From Thermoplasmatota archaeon (GTDB lineage: Archaea; Thermoplasmatota; Poseidoniia; Poseidoniales; Thalassarchaeaceae): a DNA stretch of 57,536 bases. The translations under genes were made by a program, and so were the position numbers. Below the pieces are notes generated by a model, which did not search any database, was not told the DNA's origin, and was given only the letters and a program-made list of their open reading frames with translations. Positions 11,101 through 17,778 of this stretch are shown piece by piece. The number at the start of each line of letters is the position of its first letter. The stretch's first letter is position 1. Where the stretch lies: contig JAZANL010000062.1 of assembly GCA_036251765.1 (NCBI GenBank), forward strand, positions 1 through 57,536, read 5' to 3'.

Positions 11101-14100
11101 CTTGTGAAATCCTTTCCATATACGTTGAATGCCTTTCCATCCCATGTTCCTCCCGAAAAGCCAGTGACCTTGCGTGCCGGGATTCCCGCTATCCTGAGCA
11201 TAGTAACGAAAACAGAGGTGAATTCATCGCAATCACCCTCCCTGGATGAGTTTAGAATCCAATGTGTGACATCGCTATCGACTCCAAGTCCGCTTTCTCT
11301 ACCAGAACCATAGTGATTCCTGAGGAAAGAGAATGTGTCATTGCCGTTCACAATGAAATCCTGGATAGCAGTGACCTTGTCCCAAGCAGATATGGCTCCC
11401 GACTGATCCAGAATATCCTGGGTTAGGTTAGCGACGAAACCGGAGCTGTTCATGAATTCCTGAGGTAGGTCCTTGCCGTAATCGGAGCCAGAGAAAGCTG
11501 TCGAATTCTCACGGATTGCAGCAGACAATATCACCTCAGGGGCATTGACATACAGTGCCTCTATGACGGCACTATCGACGATTATGTCGCGAGTGTAGTT
11601 GGAAAAGTTGAGTCCGGCCGAATTATCTACCCAAGTAGTGTAATTCACTACATTGTACGGCTGAATTAGCTCCTGCCCGGGGCCGATGTACCCTGCTTCA
11701 TCGAATACGATCTCCCATGATAGTGGTCCCGAGTGATTCCAGAAAGATTGGTCGGCTACACCTTGTTCTGTGGAGAATTCTGGAATGACTGGGGTATTTC
11801 CAACTAGAGTACTATTCACTCCCCAAGACACCCCAGTATAGAAGTCATAGGTGTGCCATCTCCAATAGTGCTTGACCGTTGGATCCAATCCCTCTGAGCT
11901 ATTGGTTGCAGTGAACATGAGTGCGTTCTGCTGGATGTCGTCACTGGGGTCGAAGGGGTCACTAGGTGACCCGATGCAATCGAGGACCCAGAAATCCTCT
12001 GGGCATTCTTCTCCGTCGGGCACCCCGCCTCCATCAGAATCAGGATCTAGCCAGTCAGTTCCTAACTCCTGTTCGATTAGGTCCGGGATTCCGTCTCCAT
12101 CGGTATCAAGTGGGTTGATGTCGTCATCTGGATTGTCTTGGGGGTTTGTTCCGTCTAGGTATTCCTGACCATCCTCTACACCACCATTGTCAGAATCGGC
12201 TACGTTCCAGAGAGTGAACCAGACATCTGAAGTGAAATTCCCGCCGAATCCGAAACCCCCGATTCCAAAAATCATCGAGCAACCGGTGGTATTCTCGAAA
12301 TAGTTGTTGAGGCCGTCCTCATCGGTATCGAGAAGATTGTGGCAGGGCTCTCTTGGGTCTGTGAGATTCAGAATTTCGGATAGGTCATTGACGCCATCAC
12401 CATCGGTATCGTAGAGTGTCGGGTCCGATAAGTACCCCCACGCTGCTGTCAATTCCTCCCAGTCTGCAAGACCATCGCCGTCCGAATCCTTGTAGTCATC
12501 ATCGCACCATGGGTCGTTAGTTGCATTGGCAGAGGCATCCCAGCACCAAGACCCATTGGTGAACAAAATCGTTGCCGCGCCGACGGGGGGTTCTGCATCA
12601 ACTCCCTTCAGGAATGATGGCTCCTCCAAGGACACGTAGCTGAACGGGGTAAGCGTCCCATTGGGGGATACATAGTGACCCATTGGTGCGTTACCCCTCC
12701 AATCCACAGGGTCCGGATTGATCCCTAATGTGGAGTTGATAGTTAGCGTATCAGCATCCCCGTCCCAAGAAATAATCGTGAAGACGAGTTCGAAGATGGA
12801 GGTGCACGGATCAGTCTGCCCGGGGAATCCTTCGTCCCCGTCACTTATTCCTCCCCCATCGGAGTCGGAGACGTTCCACAGCGTGCAAGAGTTGTTCTCC
12901 TGCCAATTTTGTAGACCATCGCCATCAAAATCACCTTCGTCATTTATTCTCGTTGGATCGGTCTCCCCATCATCTATCACGCCATTTCCATTGAGGTCTT
13001 CCTCGCCATCATCCAGATGGTCCCCATCTGTGTTGTTGCTCCTAGGGTCTGATCCTTGGGCAGGGTCTCCGTACGAGCCATTGTATTCGATTCCGTCAAG
13101 GATTCCATCGGAGTCTGTATCTGGAGAAGTTGGGTCCGTAAGTAGGATAAGCCCCTCCAGGGAGTCATTTAGTCCATCTCCATCGGTATCGTTGTTCTGG
13201 GGGTCGGTTTGAGTGATGCCATCGACCTCAGCAGTAAAAATCCCACAGCCACCAGGGCCAAGAGAAAGTACTGGATTGCAAGGAGACTCTGTGATCGTCA
13301 TATTGATTGGACCGGGTCGGAAGTACTGTGTTGGGGGGAATGTCGATCCATTCCTGGTCCCCCATGCTGGGTTGACGTACTCGTAAATGTTTGATAGGCC
13401 GTCAGAGTCAGGGTCCCCGAAAGTCCCATCTTGATTTGAGTTAGATGTTGGATCGAGTCCATTTGCTGCCTCCCACCCATCCGGCATTCCGTCCCCATCC
13501 GTATCCCAACCGTTGGGATCCTCATCTTCGATTCCATCCCCGTCATCGTCATTGGAGCTGCAGTCGGCATCACCGTCGAAGTCCGGATCGTTAGAGTCGA
13601 CCATTCCATCGTGATCGTTGTCAAAAGTATCAGTGCATATGTTTCCGACTGGATCCTCGTCTGCACCGTCTGATCCAGAACCCTGAATCACTTGCATGGC
13701 ACTCTCCTCATCCCAGTTTGAAACGGGAATTGTCCCATTCCACCAGACCCCGTTGTCCAAGACGTTAGTAGTAGATGGCTCGTCCCAACCTGAAGGAATC
13801 CCATACAGATACTCGTTCAGGTTGGTGAGGCCATCGGAATCTGGGTCGCCAGTCGAGCCGTTGTCCCCCACCGAAGAGAGGGGGTCCAAACCATATTGCC
13901 ATTCCCATCCATCGGGAAGACCATCGTTATCTGAGTCCCAATCTTGAGGCTGTGTGTTGATTAGGAACTCAATCCCATAAGGGAGGCCGTCTGCATCCTG
14001 GTCGTTCACGGTGGCTGAAGCCTCGAATGCGGCTAACTGCATTGAGACTATGCTGGAAATGAGCATCAAGAAGGTCAGAAGTGTGGCGGATCGCTTCTGG

Positions 14101-14144
14101 GCTATCGACCCGGATTCTTCGAAATTTGAAGTCACTAACTGCAT
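5184..14144 (-). CDS. Giant (2,986 aa) type-I membrane surface protein: signal peptide, TSP3-like Ca-binding repeats, transglutaminase-like core, Ig-like module array, TM helix, DUF4129-like cytosolic tail
   Basis: Uninterrupted ORF. N-terminal hydrophobic segment ATLLTFLMLISSIVSMQLAAFEASA. About 19 DxDxDG-type motifs in aa 45-720. EGDCDEFTSVFVTMLRIAGIPARKVTGF (TGase core) at aa 969-996. Recurrent D/N-x-x-G-x-F ... G-x-H-x-V-x-F-x-G modules in aa 1640-2610. TM FFGSATAALGALLVAAVAIAIGALAF at aa 2834-2859. The tail has EYRRAIFLCYENMCSVL...TVREFEHAI...LDRIFEEARYSSHVL. Confidence 0.9.
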   Translation of the reverse strand: MQLVTSNFEESGSIAQKRSATLLTFLMLISSIVSMQLAAFEASATVNDQDADGLPYGIEFLINTQPQDWDSDNDGLPDGWEWQYGLDPLSSVGDNGSTGDPDSDGLTNLNEYLYGIPSGWDEPSTTNVLDNGVWWNGTIPVSNWDEESAMQVIQGSGSDGADEDPVGNICTDTFDNDHDGMVDSNDPDFDGDADCSSNDDDGDGIEDEDPNGWDTDGDGMPDGWEAANGLDPTSNSNQDGTFGDPDSDGLSNIYEYVNPAWGTRNGSTFPPTQYFRPGPINMTITESPCNPVLSLGPGGCGIFTAEVDGITQTDPQNNDTDGDGLNDSLEGLILLTDPTSPDTDSDGILDGIEYNGSYGDPAQGSDPRSNNTDGDHLDDGEEDLNGNGVIDDGETDPTRINDEGDFDGDGLQNWQENNSCTLWNVSDSDGGGISDGDEGFPGQTDPCTSIFELVFTIISWDGDADTLTINSTLGINPDPVDWRGNAPMGHYVSPNGTLTPFSYVSLEEPSFLKGVDAEPPVGAATILFTNGSWCWDASANATNDPWCDDDYKDSDGDGLADWEELTAAWGYLSDPTLYDTDGDGVNDLSEILNLTDPREPCHNLLDTDEDGLNNYFENTTGCSMIFGIGGFGFGGNFTSDVWFTLWNVADSDNGGVEDGQEYLDGTNPQDNPDDDINPLDTDGDGIPDLIEQELGTDWLDPDSDGGGVPDGEECPEDFWVLDCIGSPSDPFDPSDDIQQNALMFTATNSSEGLDPTVKHYWRWHTYDFYTGVSWGVNSTLVGNTPVIPEFSTEQGVADQSFWNHSGPLSWEIVFDEAGYIGPGQELIQPYNVVNYTTWVDNSAGLNFSNYTRDIIVDSAVIEALYVNAPEVILSAAIRENSTAFSGSDYGKDLPQEFMNSSGFVANLTQDILDQSGAISAWDKVTAIQDFIVNGNDTFSFLRNHYGSGRESGLGVDSDVTHWILNSSREGDCDEFTSVFVTMLRIAGIPARKVTGFSGGTWDGKAFNVYGKDFTRWAEVHLQTNQNQGELDLGWIPFEACPPMSEVRVNVESWGPTSVQRNTTSSEPIWVQGALEFVENQTMVANISLSMYLVEPSQAELVPGSAAIVEHKVANVTTDENGSFNLTGLPPQIIQPGFGSLVILTTEMGYVGTQGISMPWQINITDTVSLSITSPIPVGQPMLGIGVNSSITGQLSWSSSPFLDPSVVDDLQVILNYSSDVDGEVSIVSGVSGGGYYEFIVPIDEAEPLGLMDAAISFEGWHFDDLNNATTPSYHAFPEVNPFKLNITLSPNLTAEINSQGQNNSILEIGSNIYLNGTVLSRGPSPTALNGTLILEMRRADLSGPFEEITTWYLNNSSWGTNPGEFSITWPFSASDVPLPAGPVDVRLQFDSDDLNSNDQEQFVDIYGIRSFIVFDYELPFAIRGREYAVDVFLEDHTGSSFAPFDGEYALIFDGGAVWNETDPEAGRVTPTFIPPFTMTPGDYDWNLSYGGSTWLSANSTSGVLRVRGMGNASASLSNEWSVRGSTNWISGFANDMVLQNQITGNNTSVTVQLLIPSDLPPTPGGFPAAPTIYNIANGWVNETTGAYNLSFEIPQGVPSGVYEIDVTLSFSGNPPVGGSYYNPGDPTTISVGVQTEFVVQTEPESTIVTAGEELILNSTVTDVEDPNAALSGVSLDLYFDWGGPLQTILQSGTTDSQGVVSFDPIVPSSAPPGFYDIRVHAPDDLSDTFATPDAGRWLGNESFVNLTVQVASSVEISSIPSQVTALQSFNLVGNVMDSVDVNRTVDGPVGISVFFLDEPEELLIENQTTNMTGAFNLTVPTDTLGNGVIRGERTVVVSVVNGSTPFYLTGNGVESILVVGVSQFVDSNPFVNTIVDRGESITITTRLVEFSNNEQPLSGFEVLALFHDTWLDPGVTSADGSVAFEFEVPHDHPLGLVNVTFVFNGSEDLHQAVQILNTITVRSSATMVIDPITANPLPGEFFNVTGSLTSSNGSGLSDTSGNPLNPTLTFSIDGDSNTFTVSQVTFDSDGTWLAEIRLDLSFPRGPHGLEISFTPQVTYFSSASGFATFDSRGFSVLTIENPDDLDPDNRTIRGDTFDISLSLIDNAGGPVISATIVVRIDNITVWGGLTDSNGTASASILVRPDRDPGPMVVTATFSGINGTIGLLGDEAWTRVVVLAPTDLVLKEASSPSIAGGSVTLVGSLLDERGQLLKADGNSTGGLIHLYIDGIDVGPSYTTVSNATTGQWSITYQIPSDMDFGTHTARVDFLGGFSWVDPMGQGDSLNPEYYLGSSDSMAFNVTQPTQVVISTAPAEIDRTEVAVVEGILTDGVGRVIPSRDLVMTVNGEELSAISVDGNGSFTGFVPIAPDMTLGPMIIGIEFAGEDFLLPSESSVVFTVFSPVFVTMEQIGPIAVGDTMLISGSAKDNLEDGWLGSQTIEIFVDGVLVGITSSQENGLWSLEWTIPESMDVGNHSISAISPEQGFYRQGMTESNFTVSYHTSISHQVEQTYVTRGGHWNFTGRLFESDTGFEQGLEGREVSVLLDGSQVELVVTGEGGFFSYSHRVQYALSRGSHNVSFTFAGEFLYLPTEAVSQVFALSDIVVEVQPITNTIIRGDASPSSSIMIQGLVREVGGESAIFANLSMSLTWGESNLPISSGPWENPSTMNFQIRAKAQEFMHPGENIITIVVDSDQSRFLNGVSEEVEILVMIEVDFEYSELDLSNGQRVIRGTVNATARDTGAPLEGLSLTASLVNGSTTHFSVSKLTGEDGVFQYEFKSMAPLPALSEQSLPPEGWGLLAVLISSDSDFIDPGSLALLPQSGVSISYEKQESDSFFGSATAALGALLVAAVAIAIGALAFNRKRKSTIRELAKVLGQTVEMLASGDEYRRAIFLCYENMCSVLMRRGFLRRNFETVREFEHAIREALPISEASLVSLDRIFEEARYSSHVLGDTHRDNAQLALSSVMQEIEAIQDIPKREMHFEIDE

Positions 14145-14219
14145 GAGTGTCAGTCCCTTTTCGTAGGCCGGAAACTTCGGGTCTTAAGAAGAATGGAGCG
14201 TCGTTCGTACATTTGCAGA

Positions 14220-17171
14220 CTATATTAGCTCGACATCCTCGTCGTCGTACCTATCTGGGCCCCTAGCTTCCTCGACCGTAACTGGGGCCGGGATCTCAGG
14301 TGGGTTTTCTTCTACTGATACATCATCCTCGGAAAGTGACTCCAGCATTCTCATCTGAGCGGCCCATCTCCTCCTATTGAGTCTGCTCTGAACTCCAGCA
14401 AACAGCAATAGTACGCTGACCAAAACCAGAACAAGGGTGATTGGCCTAGGGTGGGCCATTTCGTTAACGATTATATCGACGAAGGACCCTATCTCGACTA
14501 TCGCCGTAAGAGTGAACTTGGCTGTTAGAGACTCGGAGAAGCTCTGTTCAGTGTCTAGTGGCGTGGCTGTAACTGTAATCGGAATTGAGTCCCCATTGTT
14601 CGCCGAACTAGATACTGAAACTTCGACCGTAAATGTCGCCTCGTCAAAGGCCTCAATTTCAATCAATGGGGAACCGGAGAGCCCCCCAATGCTGACATCC
14701 CAACCACTCTCGTCGACATCGGCTTCCAGAAGAACTGTCATTGGGCTGTTTCCTTCATTCTTCACCTTCATCTGAATAGAATAGTCATTTCCAGGTGCAA
14801 GTTTAGTGTTCTGAGATACTTGAACAATCTCCAACATAGGTTGGTCTGCTTCGATTTCGAATGTCATTGGCAGATCGAAGTATCTCGGGTCATCGTCTTC
14901 TATGTCCTCTACTATCCTAAGGTAAACTGTATGATTCCCGACCTCCACCTGATTGGTCAGAGTCACGCTGAGGAAGACCTCGGTGAAGTCCCCCGGTCCA
15001 AGGGATACCCGAGGGACTGCTTCTCCGTCCGAGTTTGTTATCCTGAACTCCCATTGGCCGTAAGCGGGATTTCGGTCTGTATTTTCTTTCAATGAGGCTG
15101 GATTTTGAAGAAGCCACCATGATGCTGCCTCCAAATCAGTCTCACTATTTGTCAAACGAGCCCTGAAGTCCAATACGGGCCTATCCTGTCCCGGAGCACA
15201 AAGTGCCACCTTCATGTGGCCGAGGGGAGTCCCATCACAATCCTGCGATACCTCTCCCCTAATGCCATATGTCCTCTGGATGGTGAATGAAACCGTAGTT
15301 GTTGTAGAGGCATTTCCTCCACTGATAACTTCTATCTCTATCTCTCCGATGTCCTCATCCTCTCTATCCAAACTTGGCTTCACCCCTAGGATTAGGACCT
15401 TGGTGCTGTGCCTCTCCAGCAGGGGGGTGTGGAAAGTTCCGTCACCCTCGTCTTGGAGTATCCGTTGACCAGTTAGGTTGTCGTGCAACTGGAAGATTGA
15501 TTTAGATCTCTTCAGAATGTCTATCCTGAATGTGTCGGCATCGAAACCGGTGTTGAAAATCTCCAGAATAAACGGGTTGAATTCCCCATACTCTGCGAAT
15601 CTGGGGATGGTGGAATCCAGTGCGTCGCCCCTGGAAGAGTTCGCTATCGGAATTTTGTGATCTTCTGACCAAACCGAAACCACAGGGGGTTGATAGACGT
15701 CAATCTTCTCGACGTTTAGGACAAGCGTATCCTGATGGACTACGGAGATGACGCCATCCACATCGGCCTCGGCTACTGCGCGAATCTCAATCTTCTTCGG
15801 CATCCCAGTCAGGTCATCTGGGGCAGTTAGTGTCACAGTGGGATTGATTACTGTACCTCCGGAGCTCATCTCGTATCCTGCCGGGGAGTCGAACTCAACC
15901 AACCAAGAGCTACCTAGGTTGGTCAAAACCTCGAGTTCTACGTTCATGGACTTGGTGGAATCTCCCCTATGGACAAGAACCATGGGCACGGGAGTGACTT
16001 TGCCTGGTGCGAAGTATTCGACTGATCGATCGAACCTATGTTTGATTGACACTCCAAACTGATGCATCTCGATTGGTTCGTGCTCTATTTCGATTTCGTT
16101 TCCACCCACGTCCCTGACTCTCAGAAATACGGTATACTCGCCTGGTGGAAGCCCACTATCATAGGTATAGAGGAACTTGCCAAATATTCCTGTGCTTGAG
16201 TCCTCTATGTCCTCCATGTCCCCAGTGATCCTCTCGTCGACCTCATAGTTTCCATCTGGACCCCGCATAAGGATGTCAACCCTTGAGATGTCGGCACGGC
16301 CAAATGCACTGATTGCGTCAATGGAGAACTGCATCTCTCTGTCCTCAACAATGTCGTTAGGGTACCAATCTATCTCCGAACCCTCGGCAATGTTCGCACC
16401 TTCCCTCTGAACCACAATGATGCTGTTCATCAGTGCATTACCGTTTGTCTCCATCTTGGAGAATTTGTTTGGCTCGTTATCGATATTGTTGAAGGCAACA
16501 TCTGCAGAACAGCTAGAACCGCCGAACGGACTGTCGCTACTGTCGCACCCGGACATGCTGGCCCTAACTCTAATGATGAGACGCTCGTTCTTCCCAACTT
16601 GGAAAGATTGAGAATTGCCGATACCCACATCTATAATCTCATGATCGAAATCGCAACTGCTTCCAAATGATGAGGAGCAAACCGAACCGGAGTATGTTGT
16701 TGAACCAATTGTTCTCTCAGAGGTCATAATTGAAACTGTCCAATCGACATTTGAATTCTGAGAACCCTCTGACTTGAGGAATAGTTCAACTGGTATGTAG
16801 TATGAGTCATTTGCATGGAACTTCCTCCCGAAAAATTCCATAGACGACATCAATGATATGGACATGAATTGTACATCGTCATCCAAGGCGCTTGCCACTT
16901 CCTGGTCATCATTGCCCTCAGGAGGCTGAGTGCTAATCAGTCCGTCCATTCCAGCAGTCTGGTTCTGTCCTGCTTGTACGAAATATAACTTGTACAAGTT
17001 GGCATCCGGTGCGCTTTCGGAGGCATTGAATGGGGCGTAATCGGAAAGTTCTGAAGTTTCCAAATCTAAGCTGGTGGGGATGAGCATCAATAATGCCAAT
17101 GACAGTGAGACCAGTGTGGTTTGACGCACAGAGGGGCGGTGATTCCTATTTCGCACGATTGTGCGCCGCAT
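14220..17171 (-). CDS. 983-aa secreted, C-terminally membrane-anchored protein with CARDB/NEW3-like beta-sandwich repeats (COG1470-like)
   Basis: N-terminal signal-anchor TTLVSLSLALLMLIPTSL. Recurring V-x-N-x-G ... GW patterns (MKVKNEGNSPMTVLLEADVDESGWDVSIGG, LEIFNTGFDADTFRIDIL, LEVLTNLGSSWLVEFDSPAGY). C-terminal TM PITLVLVLVSVLLLFAGVQ followed by RLNRRRW and an acidic tail. It lies 75 bp upstream of the giant gene on the same strand. Confidence 0.85.
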   Translation of the reverse strand: MRRTIVRNRNHRPSVRQTTLVSLSLALLMLIPTSLDLETSELSDYAPFNASESAPDANLYKLYFVQAGQNQTAGMDGLISTQPPEGNDDQEVASALDDDVQFMSISLMSSMEFFGRKFHANDSYYIPVELFLKSEGSQNSNVDWTVSIMTSERTIGSTTYSGSVCSSSFGSSCDFDHEIIDVGIGNSQSFQVGKNERLIIRVRASMSGCDSSDSPFGGSSCSADVAFNNIDNEPNKFSKMETNGNALMNSIIVVQREGANIAEGSEIDWYPNDIVEDREMQFSIDAISAFGRADISRVDILMRGPDGNYEVDERITGDMEDIEDSSTGIFGKFLYTYDSGLPPGEYTVFLRVRDVGGNEIEIEHEPIEMHQFGVSIKHRFDRSVEYFAPGKVTPVPMVLVHRGDSTKSMNVELEVLTNLGSSWLVEFDSPAGYEMSSGGTVINPTVTLTAPDDLTGMPKKIEIRAVAEADVDGVISVVHQDTLVLNVEKIDVYQPPVVSVWSEDHKIPIANSSRGDALDSTIPRFAEYGEFNPFILEIFNTGFDADTFRIDILKRSKSIFQLHDNLTGQRILQDEGDGTFHTPLLERHSTKVLILGVKPSLDREDEDIGEIEIEVISGGNASTTTTVSFTIQRTYGIRGEVSQDCDGTPLGHMKVALCAPGQDRPVLDFRARLTNSETDLEAASWWLLQNPASLKENTDRNPAYGQWEFRITNSDGEAVPRVSLGPGDFTEVFLSVTLTNQVEVGNHTVYLRIVEDIEDDDPRYFDLPMTFEIEADQPMLEIVQVSQNTKLAPGNDYSIQMKVKNEGNSPMTVLLEADVDESGWDVSIGGLSGSPLIEIEAFDEATFTVEVSVSSSANNGDSIPITVTATPLDTEQSFSESLTAKFTLTAIVEIGSFVDIIVNEMAHPRPITLVLVLVSVLLLFAGVQSRLNRRRWAAQMRMLESLSEDDVSVEENPPEIPAPVTVEEARGPDRYDDEDVELI

Positions 17172-17272
17172 CCGGGATGTTAAAGAGTTCGGGAGTTTGG
17201 AGTAGCGGATGCGTCGGTTATAGGACGTTATCGTCCGCTCGGTTGAAATCGAAAGTCGGGCCTCGTTAGGAT

Positions 17273-17358
17273 GCAGGGGTACCCGAGTTGGTCAAAGGGG
17301 CCGGACTTAAGCTCCGGTGCTTAGTGCTTCATGGGTTCGAATCCCATCCCCTGCACCA
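17273..17358 (+). tRNA. tRNA-Leu(UAA): tRNA-Leu (anticodon UAA), type II with long variable arm, CCA encoded
   Basis: Manual cloverleaf. Acceptor GCAGGGG/CCCCTGC. Anticodon stem CCGGA/TCCGG with loop C-U-UAA-G-C (U33 present). T arm ATGGG-TTCGAAT-CCCAT. 13-nt variable region. Discriminator A followed by CCA. The variable-arm pairing is weak (2 bp). Confidence 0.85.
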
Positions 17359-17778
17359 TTAATCCTCAGATTTGGTTTTCACTCTCGCCAGAGTGCAGCC
17401 AAACTTGCCATCAAAGCCAATGGGGGAGATCTTCGTCAGACTCACCACCCCAGCTACAACATTCTCCGGGAGGAGGATAGTTTCCAGAATTGAAGAAGCG
17501 ATTGTCTCCATTAGGCTGTGCCTTCGAGAGGTTGCTGATTCTATTGAATGGTGAAGATATTCGTAGTCTAACACGTTTCCAATTTGATCGTCTTTTGGGG
17601 GTTCTGAACCTTCGAGTAAGACTTCGATGTCAAATCTTACTGGTTGCTTCACCCCCTTCTCGTATTCATGTGCGCCGATGTCCAAATCTAGAACCACATC
17701 TTCGAGTCTCAATGTTGTCCAACCTGCGGACTCGAGGTTTCCAATAATGGAGCTAAGATGCTTGGTTGTTTTTGTCAA
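17359..17778 (-). CDS. folB: Dihydroneopterin aldolase-like (FolB / tunnelling-fold) protein
   Basis: LRLEDVVLDLDIGAHEYEKGVKQPVRFDIEVLLE...VLDYEYLHHSI...LMETIASSILETILL...VVSLTKISP follows the FolB pattern (IG-x-x-x-x-E...Q-x-v-x-fDi ... DY ... L-x-E ... K). TTG start overlaps the upstream stop (TTGA). Confidence 0.55.
   Translation of the reverse strand: MTKTTKHLSSIIGNLESAGWTTLRLEDVVLDLDIGAHEYEKGVKQPVRFDIEVLLEGSEPPKDDQIGNVLDYEYLHHSIESATSRRHSLMETIASSILETILLPENVVAGVVSLTKISPIGFDGKFGCTLARVKTKSED

Noticed and set aside
17172-17400. tRNA-Leu as an integration site with an att repeat, making the surface operon an integrated element
   Set aside because: No integrase, recombinase or phage-like gene is in the window. 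I could not spot a duplicated copy of the tRNA 3' end near 5184 or elsewhere by eye. This remains only a positional hint, and a computational repeat search is needed.
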